Positions 17,801-27,719 of a DNA stretch of 64,000 nt are shown here, piece after piece. The notes below the pieces were generated by a model. That model was not told where the DNA came from. It worked only from the letters and a program-made list of their open reading frames with translations, and made no database searches. The stretch's first letter is position 1. Each line of letters begins with the position of its first letter. Both the position numbers and the translations under genes were made by a program. This DNA comes from Armatimonadota bacterium. Its GTDB lineage: Bacteria; Armatimonadota; SYMT01. The stretch covers positions 784,342-848,341 of the forward strand of contig JAWLHY010000002.1 in NCBI GenBank assembly GCA_041690135.1, given 5' to 3'.

Positions 17801-19874
17801 CACCTGGACGACGGCCGTGCGCCACCTGAACGACATGGGCCGGTACGACCAGGCGCTTCAGCTCGGGCACCAGGCGACGCAGCGGTTCCCAATGGTGCCC
17901 AACGTCTGGCTGGAGCTGGCCCTGGTCTACTCTGCGCGTCTCGACCGCGAGAACGAGCGGAAGGCCCTGCAGCAGGCCCTGATGCTCCGTCCCGGTTGGG
18001 GATCGGCCGTCCGTCAACTCTGCCAGTCCTACGAACGCGCGGGCGAGTTCCGGGAGTCGGAGGCGCTGCTGGAAGCGACCATCAACCGGGATCCCCTGGA
18101 CGCGCTAAGTCACGGCTGGTACGCGGACGTGTTGTGGAAGACCGGCCGCAAGGAAGAGGCGATTGCCCGGGTAAAACACGCCCTCACGCTCGACCCGGAC
18201 TACGGTTGGGCGTGGAACTCGCTGCGCGAGTGGACCGAGGAGTTGCAGCGGCCGCAAGAGGCGATCGAGCTGGCCCGCGACCTGACCCGGCGCCGACCGG
18301 GCAACCCGGAGTCGTGGATGATGCTGGCGCGCGTGCTGACCGACGAGCGCGACGCGGAGGAGCGGCTGGCCGCCTACAACCAGGCGATCGAGCTCAACCC
18401 CCGTTACTACGATGCCTACGACGAACGCGCCGAGTGCCTGGCGGGCATGGACCGCCTGGACGAAGCGGTCGCCTCCTGCTTCCCTCCGGGGATGACACAC
18501 CCACCCTTGGAGCTCCGGGCGCGCGCGGCGTGGCTCGAAGCCCCGCGTGGTAACGTCGAAGGCGCCATCCAGCAGATGCGCGCGATCGTCCAGGAGTCGC
18601 CCAACTACGTCTGGGGGTGGGCGCAACTGGCCCGCTGGTACGACGCCCTGGGTCGCAATGCGGAGTACGCCCAGGCTGCCGGTGAGCTGGTCCGGATCAA
18701 CCCGCAGGATACCGTCGGGCACCTGATGCTGGGTGAGGCCCGGATGCAGGCGGGAGACCGCTATGGGGCCAAGGCCGCCTACCATCACGCGCTCTCGCTC
18801 CAGCCGGACAACGAGTATGCGGGCCTCTCCCTCTTCATGATGCAGCTGGAAGATAACGAGCTGCTGGCTGCCGCCCACACGCTCCAGACGCTCCGCCAGC
18901 GGACCAACAGCGAGTGGATCATTTTCCGGGGCGTGCAACTCGCGGCCCGCCAGAATGATCCCGGCACCGCGCTGGAACGGTTCCGCGAGCTCTGCTTCTA
19001 CCCCCTGGAAGAGGACGGCCTTCTTCCCGCCGCGGCCGAGATGCTCAAAGAGGCGCAGTGGGGCGACTGGGTGGACCAGACCTACCAGTGGGCCCTCAGC
19101 CAGCCCGGCGTGCATCCGCGGGTGGCGGAGTTGTGGGTGGAAGCCTGTATCGCCCGCAACGACTGGAGCTGCGAGCAGCACCTCCCTTCGCTGGTGGCGC
19201 TGGGTCCCGTTGGCGCGTGCGCTTATGGGGCGTTCGTGGAGGCGCTGGCGGACCAGAAGAGCTTCGACCGGGCCCGCCAGTTCATCCACCACCACCGGGA
19301 GATCCTGCGCAGCCACAACCGGAGCTGGGCCAAGGTCGCCTACGCTTACTCGGAGATGGAAGATTACCCCACCGTGGTCAACTGGATGGCCGATTGGCAG
19401 CAGCGGGAGGGGATCCGTGCCTGGATGGTGGTGAATCTCACCCTCGCCCTGCGCTCCCTGAACCGCGACAAGGACGCCGCCTTCGTGAGCCGCAAGGTCC
19501 TGGAGTCGGACGAGAGCAGTACCGCCGCCCAGATCCAATCGCTGTGGCTGGCCCTCGATGCCGCTCTGGAAGGCCGGCGCGATGAGCTGTTACTGGAGTT
19601 GGCCAGGGTGGACCCGGACGACCTGCCGCCCTACTACGCGTTCCTCTACCTGATCGCCCGCGCGATCCGGGAAGTGGCGGCGGCCGGGCCCGCGGAGAAG
19701 AGCAGCGCCTTCGGAGAAGCCAAGCGCCTGATCGACCTGGCACGGAACGCCTACCCACCGTTCAAATCCGACGTTCTCCTCAAGCGCTACTTCCCGCTCG
19801 CCGTCAAGCGCGTCGCCGCCGAAGCCGGCGGTTTCGGCGCCACCGCCTGGCAAGCCTCCCAATTGATCCGGTAA
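14898..19874 (+). CDS. Giant TPR protein with embedded C39-like peptidase domain
   Basis: VRQHHMTCAPATLS...HLQACVGYD....LIRDP (Q-C-H-D papain-like pattern) flanked by many TPR-like repeats; GGGAG RBS. Confidence 0.8.
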   Translation: MQVDSSALAEMRGLYEQGLCLQAYTVTQRFGPFQEWEGADAQALAGRLAANLGAPRLQQWLHLKAWRSDRGHFEARYYLTRTALERRGPLGAWKLLRRFGDLSGASPQLRSDWLAFAGYVAGRLRDFDTAEYWHGQALALCPENPWIYVERASLLEAQDRYDEALASARRALELRPWYRPGVQSLAHLLQLRERDQEALELLTEASRRVESGPLVAQLVLLQSELGLYREAWDTLDRFVELCPLMEKEFQQWLGSQRSELAYLLGDHETAIREAEALAEVSPFHKEVAQRMAATGPDDRRVLHPVGFVRQHHMTCAPATLSALSRFWDRSADHLALVEEICYDGTPAHSERSWAENNGWIAREFRVTWESAKALLDRGAPFTLTTVQTANAHLQACVGYDARRGTFLIRDPYMREVGEFLVDNLLEQHRSSGPRGMTLVPQEQAHLLEGIELPDAEQYNHFHRLQAALQKHDRATAHASFEALRALDPEHLLTLQAERSLAAYDANSVELLACMEKLVASYPEDQNFQLCRLSLMREHATREERLQALKEICDREESDPHFWQQYAQELGLDARQQEEAIRLLRRALRYRPLDASVYFILANTLWDQRKWDEALELYRFAACLDDKDEQFSRGYFNAARHLNRVQHALQFLEGRYKRFGARSGHPTRTLFWALTELDHTPRAFEILEEALRARPNDDELILFAVEAYGRHGRYDRAQQLLSAAHGKTSEMAWLRSAGGLALLKGDHPVALSLWRQVLERDPLAIEAHRNVARLLAQMEGPEAAKRHYAAVTQRFPHNYLLFQAWEEWLRDDDPVGAEALLRQVLRINPADAWSHRELALALAEQRRFDEAMAAARDAYQLAPSEPACYAVLGEICLKQGQSERARSAHREALRLSVDNGYAIARLIECCDNPAEQRAELQFIEGELTRQALFGEGLVAYRHVARDVLTPDELLASVWRALQSRPDVWHTWTTAVRHLNDMGRYDQALQLGHQATQRFPMVPNVWLELALVYSARLDRENERKALQQALMLRPGWGSAVRQLCQSYERAGEFRESEALLEATINRDPLDALSHGWYADVLWKTGRKEEAIARVKHALTLDPDYGWAWNSLREWTEELQRPQEAIELARDLTRRRPGNPESWMMLARVLTDERDAEERLAAYNQAIELNPRYYDAYDERAECLAGMDRLDEAVASCFPPGMTHPPLELRARAAWLEAPRGNVEGAIQQMRAIVQESPNYVWGWAQLARWYDALGRNAEYAQAAGELVRINPQDTVGHLMLGEARMQAGDRYGAKAAYHHALSLQPDNEYAGLSLFMMQLEDNELLAAAHTLQTLRQRTNSEWIIFRGVQLAARQNDPGTALERFRELCFYPLEEDGLLPAAAEMLKEAQWGDWVDQTYQWALSQPGVHPRVAELWVEACIARNDWSCEQHLPSLVALGPVGACAYGAFVEALADQKSFDRARQFIHHHREILRSHNRSWAKVAYAYSEMEDYPTVVNWMADWQQREGIRAWMVVNLTLALRSLNRDKDAAFVSRKVLESDESSTAAQIQSLWLALDAALEGRRDELLLELARVDPDDLPPYYAFLYLIARAIREVAAAGPAEKSSAFGEAKRLIDLARNAYPPFKSDVLLKRYFPLAVKRVAAEAGGFGATAWQASQLIR

Positions 19875-19884
19875 TGGGTATGTC

Positions 19885-21012
19885 TTACGCCCCCGTCTCC
19901 TGCAGCAACACGCCTGGATCAACATACGGCAGCCCGAATAGATCGGCCAGCGGTTCAAACGTGAGCTGACCATCCGCCAGGTTGAGGCCCTTGCAGAGGG
20001 CCAGGTCCTCGCGCAGAGCGCGGCGCCAGCCCTTGTCGGCGAGCCGTTTGAGGTAGGGCAGAGTCACATTGGTGAGGGCGTAGGTGCTCGTGCCGGCCAC
20101 GGCCCCGGGCATGTTCGCCACGCCGTAGTGGACGATGCCATCCACCAGGTAGGTGGGATTGCTGTGCGTGGTGGGACGGATCGTCTCCACGCAGCCTCCC
20201 TGGTCGACCGCCACGTCCACGATCACGGCGCCCGGCTTCATCAACCCCAACATTTCGCGAGTCACCAGGACCGGCGCGCGGTCGCCACGGATCAACACCG
20301 CGCCGATCAGCAGGTCCGCCTCTCGGAGCATCCGCCGGATGTTGACGGCGTTGGAGTAGAGCGTGAAGACGTTCTGCGGCATCACGTCGTCCAGGTACCG
20401 CAGGCGGTCCAGGTTCACGTCGAGGATCGTCACCAGGGCGCCGATGCCCGCCGCGATCTTGGCCGCGTTCAGGCCCACCACGCCGCCGCCCAGGATGACG
20501 ATGTTCGCGGGTGGTACGCCGGGGACGCCCGAAAGAAGGATGCCACGCCCTTCCTCTGGGCCCTCCAGGTACTTGGCGCCTTCCTGGATCGCCATGCGCC
20601 CGGCCACTTCGCTCATCGGCGTGAGGAGCGGCAGCGAGCCGTCCACCTCCTGGATGGTCTCGTAGGCGATACAGGTGCAGCCCTTTTCCAGCAGCGTGCG
20701 GGTCAGCACCTCACTGGCGGCGAAGTGGAAGTAGGTGAACAGCACGTGATCCGGCCGGATGAGCGGAAACTCCGCGTCCAGCGGCTCCTTCACCTTGACG
20801 ATGAGGTGGCTCCGCTGCCAGACCTCTTCCGCCGTTGCCACGATCTCCGCGCCGTGATCGGCATACTCCTCGTCCGAGATGCTCGTCCCCAGCCCGGCGC
20901 CGGCCTCCACGAACACGCGGTGCCCGGCCTGGGTCAGCACCTCCACCCCGGCCGGCACCAGCGAAACGCGGTACTCGTCCGCCTTGATCTCCTTCGGCAC
21001 CCCAATCAGCAT
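19885..21012 (-). CDS. ald: Alanine dehydrogenase
   Basis: IGVPKEIK..EYRV, PMSEVAGR, GGGVVG, DVAVDQGG, VANMPGAV. Confidence 0.96.
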   Translation of the reverse strand: MLIGVPKEIKADEYRVSLVPAGVEVLTQAGHRVFVEAGAGLGTSISDEEYADHGAEIVATAEEVWQRSHLIVKVKEPLDAEFPLIRPDHVLFTYFHFAASEVLTRTLLEKGCTCIAYETIQEVDGSLPLLTPMSEVAGRMAIQEGAKYLEGPEEGRGILLSGVPGVPPANIVILGGGVVGLNAAKIAAGIGALVTILDVNLDRLRYLDDVMPQNVFTLYSNAVNIRRMLREADLLIGAVLIRGDRAPVLVTREMLGLMKPGAVIVDVAVDQGGCVETIRPTTHSNPTYLVDGIVHYGVANMPGAVAGTSTYALTNVTLPYLKRLADKGWRRALREDLALCKGLNLADGQLTFEPLADLFGLPYVDPGVLLQETGA

Positions 21013-21037
21013 CCATTGCCTCCTTCGAAAGGGAGAC

Positions 21038-21244
21038 TCACCGCAGAGACGCAGAGGACGCGGAGAGGGAAAGCGAGAGAAGAACTCTTGCAGGCGAAAA
21101 GCGCACTACAGTCAGGTTGCCTACTCCTGCAACTCCAATCGTTCTTTGCAGCGGAGCCGCTTACCTCAACCCGGCTTCGGCCCTCTGATCCTCGTTTCCC
21201 TCTTCCTCTGCGCTGCCTCTGCGCCCTCTGCGTCTCTGCGGTGA
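21038..21244. repeat. Inverted repeat pair of 9-nt periodic arms (CGCAGAG units)
   Basis: TCACCGCAGAGACGCAGAGG (21038-) is the exact reverse complement of 21225-21244. Confidence 0.8.
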
Positions 21245-21269
21245 ATGCAGGTTCCCCCCAGAGGATACC

Positions 21270-22763
21270 CTAGAGTTCGGACGGGGCGCAGCAGTTGTGG
21301 ATGAGGACGGGGTCACGGGCGGCGGCGACTTCGTTCAGGCGGGAGACCGGGGTAGCGTGCGGCGCGCTCTGGATCGCCTCCAGGTTCGTCCGGGCCTCTT
21401 CCGCGATCTGGTTCATGGCGGCCGCGAACTCCTCGAGCGTTTCGGGGGTCTCCGTCTCCGTCGGCTCGATCATCATCGCTTCCTTCACGATCAGCGGGAA
21501 GTAGATCGTGGGCGGATAGAAGCCGAAGTCCATCAGCCGTTTCGCGATGTCCAGGGCGGAGGCGCCGAGGGCCTTCTGGCGATCCGCTGAGAGCACGAAC
21601 TCGTGCATGCAGCGCGTGCCGTTCGGGAAGTTGAACTGCTCCGCCAGCAGGTGCGCCAGGTAGTTCGCGTTAAGGACGGCGGTCTCCGAGACGGCGCGCA
21701 GCCCCTCCGCGCCCTGGCTGCGGATGTAGGCATACGCCCGGGCGGAGATGCCGAAATTGCCGTAGAAGCCGTGTACCTTGCCGATGGAGAGCGGCCGGTC
21801 CTCATCCCAGAGGTAGGTGTCGTCCGCGCGCACCACCACCGGGCTGGGGAGGAACGGCGCCAGGAACTCCTTCACCGCCACCGGGCCGGACCCGGGCCCG
21901 CCGCCGCCGTGCGGGGTGGACATGGTCTTGTGCAGGTTGTAATGCATCACGTCGAAGCCCATGTCTCCCGGCCGGGTGACGCCCAGGATGGCGTTCATGT
22001 TGGCGCCGTCCATGTAGAGGAGCCCGCCCGCGTCGTGGACGATCTGGGAGATCTCCAGGATCTCATCCTCGAACAGCCCCAGCGTGTTCGGGTTCGTGAG
22101 CATAATGCCCGCGGTCCGTTCGTTGACTGCCGCCTTCAGCGCCTCCAGGTCAACGCGCCCCTCGGCGTTCGACTTGATGGAGACGGTCTTGAACCCGCAG
22201 CGGGCGGAGGTGGCGGGATTGGTCCCGTGGGAAGAGTCCGGCACGATCACCGTGTCGCGCGCCGTGTCGCCCCGGTGGCGGTGATAGGCGCGGATGATCA
22301 GCAGACCGGTAAACTCCCCGGCGGCGCCCGCGGCGGGCTGGAGGGTGGCGGCGTCCATCCCCCCGATCTGGCAGAGGAGCCGCTCCAGCGCCCACATCAG
22401 CGCCAGTTCGCCCTGGACCTGCTCCACCGGTTGATAGGGGTGGCACTCCGCGATGCCGGGGTAGCGGACCACCTCTTCATTGATCTTGGGGTTGTACTTC
22501 ATCGTACACGAGCCGAGGGGATAGAAGCCCGTGTCGATGGAGTGGTTCCGCTGGCTGAGCTTCACGAAGTGGCGGATCACCTGAAGCTCCGCCACTTCCG
22601 GCAGCGGGAGGTCCTTCCGGAGAGCCACTCCCGGCAGCAGGTCCGCGGCCTCGCGGGCCGGAACGTCCAGCGCCGGCAGCGCATAGCCTTTCCGGCCCGG
22701 TACGGACAATTCATACAGCAGCGGCTCGGTGGGCCGGCGGGTATCCGATGTCAACTCAGCCAT
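21270..22763 (-). CDS. gcvPB: Glycine dehydrogenase subunit 2
   Basis: [42 protein letters not shown]. Confidence 0.96.
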   Translation of the reverse strand: MAELTSDTRRPTEPLLYELSVPGRKGYALPALDVPAREAADLLPGVALRKDLPLPEVAELQVIRHFVKLSQRNHSIDTGFYPLGSCTMKYNPKINEEVVRYPGIAECHPYQPVEQVQGELALMWALERLLCQIGGMDAATLQPAAGAAGEFTGLLIIRAYHRHRGDTARDTVIVPDSSHGTNPATSARCGFKTVSIKSNAEGRVDLEALKAAVNERTAGIMLTNPNTLGLFEDEILEISQIVHDAGGLLYMDGANMNAILGVTRPGDMGFDVMHYNLHKTMSTPHGGGGPGSGPVAVKEFLAPFLPSPVVVRADDTYLWDEDRPLSIGKVHGFYGNFGISARAYAYIRSQGAEGLRAVSETAVLNANYLAHLLAEQFNFPNGTRCMHEFVLSADRQKALGASALDIAKRLMDFGFYPPTIYFPLIVKEAMMIEPTETETPETLEEFAAAMNQIAEEARTNLEAIQSAPHATPVSRLNEVAAARDPVLIHNCCAPSEL

Positions 22764-22817
22764 GGTTCAATCTTCCTGAAGGGGTCTTAACCACCTATCA
22801 AAGTTATTGCCGTGGAT

Positions 22818-24428
22818 CTACGGGATCTGGATCCAGCAGATCTTCTCCGGGTCCATCCGGTGCAGCGTGGCCCACTTGCGCAGCGCGAGCGAGATCATCT
22901 CGCGGTCGTGTTCCGTTTCCACTTTCCAATCCACAAAGGGCCAGTTCGGGGGCTGGTTTCCGGAATAGCCGTTCACCGTCGGCTTTCCGGTCCGCAACTG
23001 GACCCACATCGCCAGTATATTGTACTCGCCCGTTGACCCTTCCCGCGGCGTGAGGAAGAACGCCTCACAGTCCGCGGGAACCTGGTCCGCCAGGCGCTGG
23101 ATTTCCGCCCGCGCCTCGATCTTATCGTAGGAGGGGATCCCGCGGCCCTGCTCCAGCACCACCAGCAGCGCCAGCACCGGCAGGAGCCACCCCACTCGCC
23201 CCTGCAAACGTTTCTGGAAGAAGAGCGCGAGCCCCACGGACGCGGGGAAGAGCATGATCAGCCCGATCCGCGACATGATGCGGACCGCATACGCTCCCGG
23301 CACATAGTAGAAGTGGTATGCGGTGAGGATCATCGCGCTGGAGAGCACCAGCATGTAGAGGATGAGGCTGCCCGCGGTGAGGCCCAATAGCCGAACCGAG
23401 CTCTGCTGGCGATGCTCCACCAGGCCCCACACCACCAGCACCAGGGTCACCAGCCCGATCCCCACCACCTGTTCGTGCGGGAACTCCAGGCGGGTGAAGA
23501 ACGGCGCGGAAGCCGTCCACCCATATAGCCAGCTCGTCTCTCCCATGTACAGCCACGTTTGCCAGCGCGGCATCGTGTTGTAGGCGTCGATGAACAGCCG
23601 GCTGCGCACCTCGCCCGCCGCCGCCATGTAGTGGTTCAGCATCGGCAGGAGCAGCCACGCGCTCACGGTCATCGAGAGTAGCGTGGGGATCAAGTACTCG
23701 CGCAGGGTGGAAAAGAGGCGCTGCCGGTATCCGCGAAGGATCACCGCCCAGAGCGCCGCCACGCCGACGCAGAACACCAGGAACCATCCCTGGTAGAAGC
23801 CGGCGTAGAGCTGCGCCGTAGCGCTGAGAAAGAAGATCGCGATCCAGGTGGTGACCCGCGTGCGGTTTTGCTTCTCCGGCGCCACCTGAAAGATCTCGAA
23901 GAGCGCGTAGAAGGCGAGCAGGGTGTAGAACTGCGGCACCAGTTGCTGATGGCCGATCTGCGCCAGCCGTGGGGAACCGAACGCAAACAGGAACGCCCCG
24001 AGCGAGCCGGCCACCGCGGACAGGTCGAACCACCGGCGGAGCAAGAGATAAGCCCCGGCGAAGTTCAGGATCGCCACGGTGAAGAGCCAGAGCTGGAATG
24101 AGGTATCCGGCGCCGCCCCCAGGAACCGCCAGATCCAGTAGAACGGCCCGACCGTCAGCAGGATGTCCGAATAGGCGGCGGTGTTCGGATGCGGGTAGAA
24201 GATGGGCGGGCTCCAGAAGTCGCGGTGCAGCGCCGCGCCCCGGAGCCACTGGTAGCCGTGCTCCAGCACGTAGTTGTTGAAAGGGGTATCCCGGAGATCG
24301 GTCTCCACGCGCCGGAAGCCGGAGAGCACCATCGGGTAGTACGCCCAGAACAGCCCCACCAGGCACGCCACCACCGGTATCCCCAGCGAACTGACCAGGC
24401 GCGGTAACTGCGAACGGTTGGTGCTCAC
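22818..24428 (-). CDS. Multi-pass membrane protein, YfhO-like / GT-C glycosyltransferase-like
   Basis: About 11 hydrophobic segments, FYPHPNT.AYSD and PTVNGYSG motifs; GTG overlaps upstream TGA. Confidence 0.7.
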   Translation of the reverse strand: MSTNRSQLPRLVSSLGIPVVACLVGLFWAYYPMVLSGFRRVETDLRDTPFNNYVLEHGYQWLRGAALHRDFWSPPIFYPHPNTAAYSDILLTVGPFYWIWRFLGAAPDTSFQLWLFTVAILNFAGAYLLLRRWFDLSAVAGSLGAFLFAFGSPRLAQIGHQQLVPQFYTLLAFYALFEIFQVAPEKQNRTRVTTWIAIFFLSATAQLYAGFYQGWFLVFCVGVAALWAVILRGYRQRLFSTLREYLIPTLLSMTVSAWLLLPMLNHYMAAAGEVRSRLFIDAYNTMPRWQTWLYMGETSWLYGWTASAPFFTRLEFPHEQVVGIGLVTLVLVVWGLVEHRQQSSVRLLGLTAGSLILYMLVLSSAMILTAYHFYYVPGAYAVRIMSRIGLIMLFPASVGLALFFQKRLQGRVGWLLPVLALLVVLEQGRGIPSYDKIEARAEIQRLADQVPADCEAFFLTPREGSTGEYNILAMWVQLRTGKPTVNGYSGNQPPNWPFVDWKVETEHDREMISLALRKWATLHRMDPEKICWIQIP

Positions 24429-25048
24429 TCGCCAGGTACTCCGTCTGCGGACTGACCACTCAACGTGAGCAGAAGCCGACTGACTTCGCGGAAGCACTTG
24501 TCGAAGGAGTCGGCACTCCGCGCCATTTGAAGGTCGAACCGAGCCGTGAGTGCGGGCTGGTCCAGCGTCTCGGAATACCTCCGGCTCTTCCCCATCTGCT
24601 TTCCGAGCCAGTCCTTGGCTCCCTGTATCCCCTCCGGATCGGAGGGCGGCTTGAGTTCGGCAGGTAGGCCGCGTTGACCCGCAATGGAATCGGCGGCGGC
24701 CAGAAACCAGGCCTCGTATTCGTGCCTGGCCAGAACGACGGCAATTGGGAGGTCGCCACGTGTCGTCCGGGCGCGGCGCAGCAACTCCGGGCCCAGTGTC
24801 GCCGGACAGGCATCGTCGCTATCCAGAAGGATGAAAATGCCGCCCTCACCGGCGACCTTCCGGCCGGAGAATTCGACGGCTCGTTCCAATTCGCCGGACT
24901 TCACCACCCGATCACGGCTAACGCGAAGCGGCGGGGATATGTCCAGGAATAAGCCTGGGACCACCATCTCCCCGATACGGCGCAGTAGAATGGGCACCGC
25001 CTCGACTTCGCCGTGGCCTTCGACGATGCAGGCAATCTTCACGCGCAC
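24425..25048 (-). CDS. DUF4276 family (TOPRIM-like) protein
   Basis: IVEGHGE, ILLDSDD, EYEAWFLA, Y..T.DQP, SFDK. Confidence 0.85.
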   Translation of the reverse strand: MRVKIACIVEGHGEVEAVPILLRRIGEMVVPGLFLDISPPLRVSRDRVVKSGELERAVEFSGRKVAGEGGIFILLDSDDACPATLGPELLRRARTTRGDLPIAVVLARHEYEAWFLAAADSIAGQRGLPAELKPPSDPEGIQGAKDWLGKQMGKSRRYSETLDQPALTARFDLQMARSADSFDKCFREVSRLLLTLSGQSADGVPGE

Positions 25049-26256
25049 GGGGGAGTGTCCTCCGCAAAAAGCCGGAGTTGACTTGCGGACTGGACTTCGG
25101 CCGCAACGGGGTCGGGCTGCAACTGGTTAAGCCGAAGCAGTTCTCCCGCGGTGTAAAGCGAGCTTCGTAACGCCTGTCTTCCTGCCGCGTCAATGGGCCC
25201 AATCCGCGTAACCCCCTGTTCGGAGGTGACGGCGAGGATCGATGCGGGATCCAACTCCGGATCGTCGAGAAGATCCGGGCTGTGGCTCGTAACGAGGACC
25301 TGCCGGGCTTCGGCCGCGTGCCGGAGGCCGTCCCGGAGAACGCCTGCCGCTGCGGGATGGAGTGCCACCTCCGGCTCTTCAATTCCCACCAGAAGAACTC
25401 CGTCGCGGGCTGTGTAGGAAGGTTGGAAAAGGGCCACGAGGATGCCCAGTGCCCGGAGTGTTCCGTCCGACATGCTGGCGGCGAGAAAGCGCCAGGGATT
25501 TGGAGTGCCTTCGAAATCTTGCCGAAACTCCAGCGTTTCCTTCGGCCCGATTTCCCGGGAAACAACCCCTCTCACGCCCGGCACCACTTTGGAAAGAAAC
25601 TCTTCGATGAGCTGTTTTCCTTCCGGGGACTGTGTTTCCAGGCGTGAAAGGACACTTGCCAGGTTCGACCCATCGCGCGTCAGAAGGTCTCCGGCGTCCG
25701 GGGATTGGAGATCTCGAATGCGGTCAGGGTTCAGATTATAGAACCCCATGTGGGTAAAGGCTTCGTAGACCGGACGAAACTCCGGTAGGCCGGAGGCGGC
25801 GACCAGATAGAGCCGGTCCGGTGCCGCGGCAGGTGCTACTTTCACGGAGGTGTGGACGACGGTTCCGTTTTGAACCTCGTAGGAGGCGCGGGTCAGTGGC
25901 TCCGGCCCCACGATCTCGCAGGCTTCCTGCTGTACCTCAAAGCCGCCCTGCGCTCGTGCACCGATCCGAAATGCGTAATACCCCCATTCTCCGGAGGGCA
26001 ACTCAAAATCCAGGCGAATGCCGAAGTGAGTGGGGTGGCCGCTGGATCGCCGTCGCACTTCTTTGATCCCACCCCTATCCCGAAGAGCGTGATCCAGTGA
26101 AGTCCGTAAACCGTCGGCGGTGAACCTCAAAGCATCTAGAAAGTTGCTCTTACCCGACCCGTTCGGTCCCACCAGAAACGTCAAGGGGTGGAGCTCCACC
26201 GAGCAGCCGGCAATGCTCCGATAGTTCTGGATCTTGACGCGACGCAAAAAGGTCAT
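25039..26256 (-). CDS. AAA_21/ABC-type ATPase
   Basis: IQNYRSI, GPNGSGKS, MSDGT signature, IEEPE, TSHS. Confidence 0.9.
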   Translation of the reverse strand: MTFLRRVKIQNYRSIAGCSVELHPLTFLVGPNGSGKSNFLDALRFTADGLRTSLDHALRDRGGIKEVRRRSSGHPTHFGIRLDFELPSGEWGYYAFRIGARAQGGFEVQQEACEIVGPEPLTRASYEVQNGTVVHTSVKVAPAAAPDRLYLVAASGLPEFRPVYEAFTHMGFYNLNPDRIRDLQSPDAGDLLTRDGSNLASVLSRLETQSPEGKQLIEEFLSKVVPGVRGVVSREIGPKETLEFRQDFEGTPNPWRFLAASMSDGTLRALGILVALFQPSYTARDGVLLVGIEEPEVALHPAAAGVLRDGLRHAAEARQVLVTSHSPDLLDDPELDPASILAVTSEQGVTRIGPIDAAGRQALRSSLYTAGELLRLNQLQPDPVAAEVQSASQLRLFAEDTPPCA

Positions 26257-26307
26257 GGTGGCGGAAGGTTCATGGTGGCGAAAGGATCTTTGGTCCGGGT
26301 CCGCGAC

Positions 26308-27645
26308 CTATGGGGCGGCAATAGCATCCGCAAACTGGTCGATCTCTTCAGCGGTGCGCTTTTCGGTGACGGCCACGAGGAGGCAGTCTTCCAGGTGCGG
26401 GAAGTGCTTCCCGAGGGGATAGCCCGCCAGAATCCCCTGCTGGGCCAGCCGGTCCGCGACGTCCGCGGCGCTGCCCGGGCACTGAAGCACGAACTCGTGG
26501 AAGAAGGGAGCCCGGAAACGCAGCCGGTAGCCGGGAACGCTCGCCAGCTTCTCGGCGGCGTAGTGCGCCTTCTGCAGGCACTGCGATGCCACGTCACGCA
26601 GCCCATGCTTGCCCATGAAGGAGAGGTAAACGGTGGCGGCCAGCATCATCAGGCCCTGGTTGGTACAGATGTTGCTCGTGGCGCGTTCGCGGCGGATGTG
26701 CTGCTCGCGGGTTTGCAGGGTCAGCACGTACCCCCGCCGGCCCTCGCGGTCCTGCGTCTCGGAAACGAGGCGCCCTGGCATCTGGCGGAGATACTTCTTG
26801 CTCGCGGCGAAGTATCCCAGGAGAGGCCCGCCGAAGTTCAGGCCCAGCCCGAGCGGTTGCGCTTCGCCCACCACCACGTCGGTGCCCAGGGCGCCCGGCG
26901 GCTCCAGCAGTCCGAGTGGGATGGGGTTCGCGCCCACCACGCAGAGCGCGCCCGCCCCGTGGGCGAAGTCCACCAGGGTTTTGATGTCCTCCAGGCAGCC
27001 GAAGAAGTTGGGCTGCTGCACGGCGATCACGGCCGTTTCGTTGGAGAGGTGGAGCTGCAGCCACTCGCGGTCGGCCACGCCGGTCTGCGACGGCGCTTCG
27101 ACCACCCGGATTCCCAGCCCTTCCACGTAAGTCCGGGTCACCTGCACCCAGGCGGGATGGACGCCCACCAGCAGCGCCTCGTCGCGGTTGGTCGCACCAC
27201 AGGCCAGGATGATCGCTTCCGCGAATGCGGTGGCCCCGTCGTACATGGAGGCGTTCGCCACGTCCACGCCGGTGAGTCCCGCGATCATGGTCTGGAACTC
27301 GAAGATGGACTGCAGCGTGCCCTGGCTCATCTCCGGCTGGTAGGGGGTATAGGCCGTGTGGAACTCGCCCCGCAGGATGATCGTGGGCACGATGCTCGGC
27401 ACGTAGTGGTCGTAGATGCCGGCCCCCAGGAAGCAAAGCTGCTCGCCCGCGCTGATATTGGCCCCCGCCAATGCCTGGAAATGCTGCCGGAGCTCGAGTT
27501 CGCTCATCGGCGCGGGAATGTCGAGCGGGCGGTCCATCCGGAGCGCCGCGGGAACCTGCTCCTCGAAGAGCTGCTCCACGCGCTCCAGGCCCAGGGCCGC
27601 CAGCATTTGCTGCTTCTGTTCTTCGGTGTGGGGAATGTAGGCCAT
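26308..27645 (-). CDS. gcvPA: Glycine dehydrogenase subunit 1
   Basis: FLGAG.Y.HYVP, YTPYQPEMSQG.LQ..FEFQ, TREQHIRRERATSNICTNQ. Confidence 0.96.
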   Translation of the reverse strand: MAYIPHTEEQKQQMLAALGLERVEQLFEEQVPAALRMDRPLDIPAPMSELELRQHFQALAGANISAGEQLCFLGAGIYDHYVPSIVPTIILRGEFHTAYTPYQPEMSQGTLQSIFEFQTMIAGLTGVDVANASMYDGATAFAEAIILACGATNRDEALLVGVHPAWVQVTRTYVEGLGIRVVEAPSQTGVADREWLQLHLSNETAVIAVQQPNFFGCLEDIKTLVDFAHGAGALCVVGANPIPLGLLEPPGALGTDVVVGEAQPLGLGLNFGGPLLGYFAASKKYLRQMPGRLVSETQDREGRRGYVLTLQTREQHIRRERATSNICTNQGLMMLAATVYLSFMGKHGLRDVASQCLQKAHYAAEKLASVPGYRLRFRAPFFHEFVLQCPGSAADVADRLAQQGILAGYPLGKHFPHLEDCLLVAVTEKRTAEEIDQFADAIAAP

Positions 27646-27652
27646 ATTGGTT

Positions 27653-27708
27653 CGGGTATTCGGGTATTCGGGTATTCGGGTGTTCGGGTGTTCGGGTGTT
27701 CGGGTGTT
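27653..27708. repeat. Octamer tandem repeat (CGGGTATT)3(CGGGTGTT)4
   Basis: Directly visible, immediately upstream of the gcvPA start. Confidence 0.95.
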
Positions 27709-27719
27709 CGTAAGATTTC

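Noticed and set aside
14892-18017. 1041-aa minus-strand ORF (and similar long antisense ORFs at 11067-12689, 26188-27735, 32774-34462, 57842-60733)
   Set aside because: Antisense shadows of real high-GC genes; no recognisable motifs
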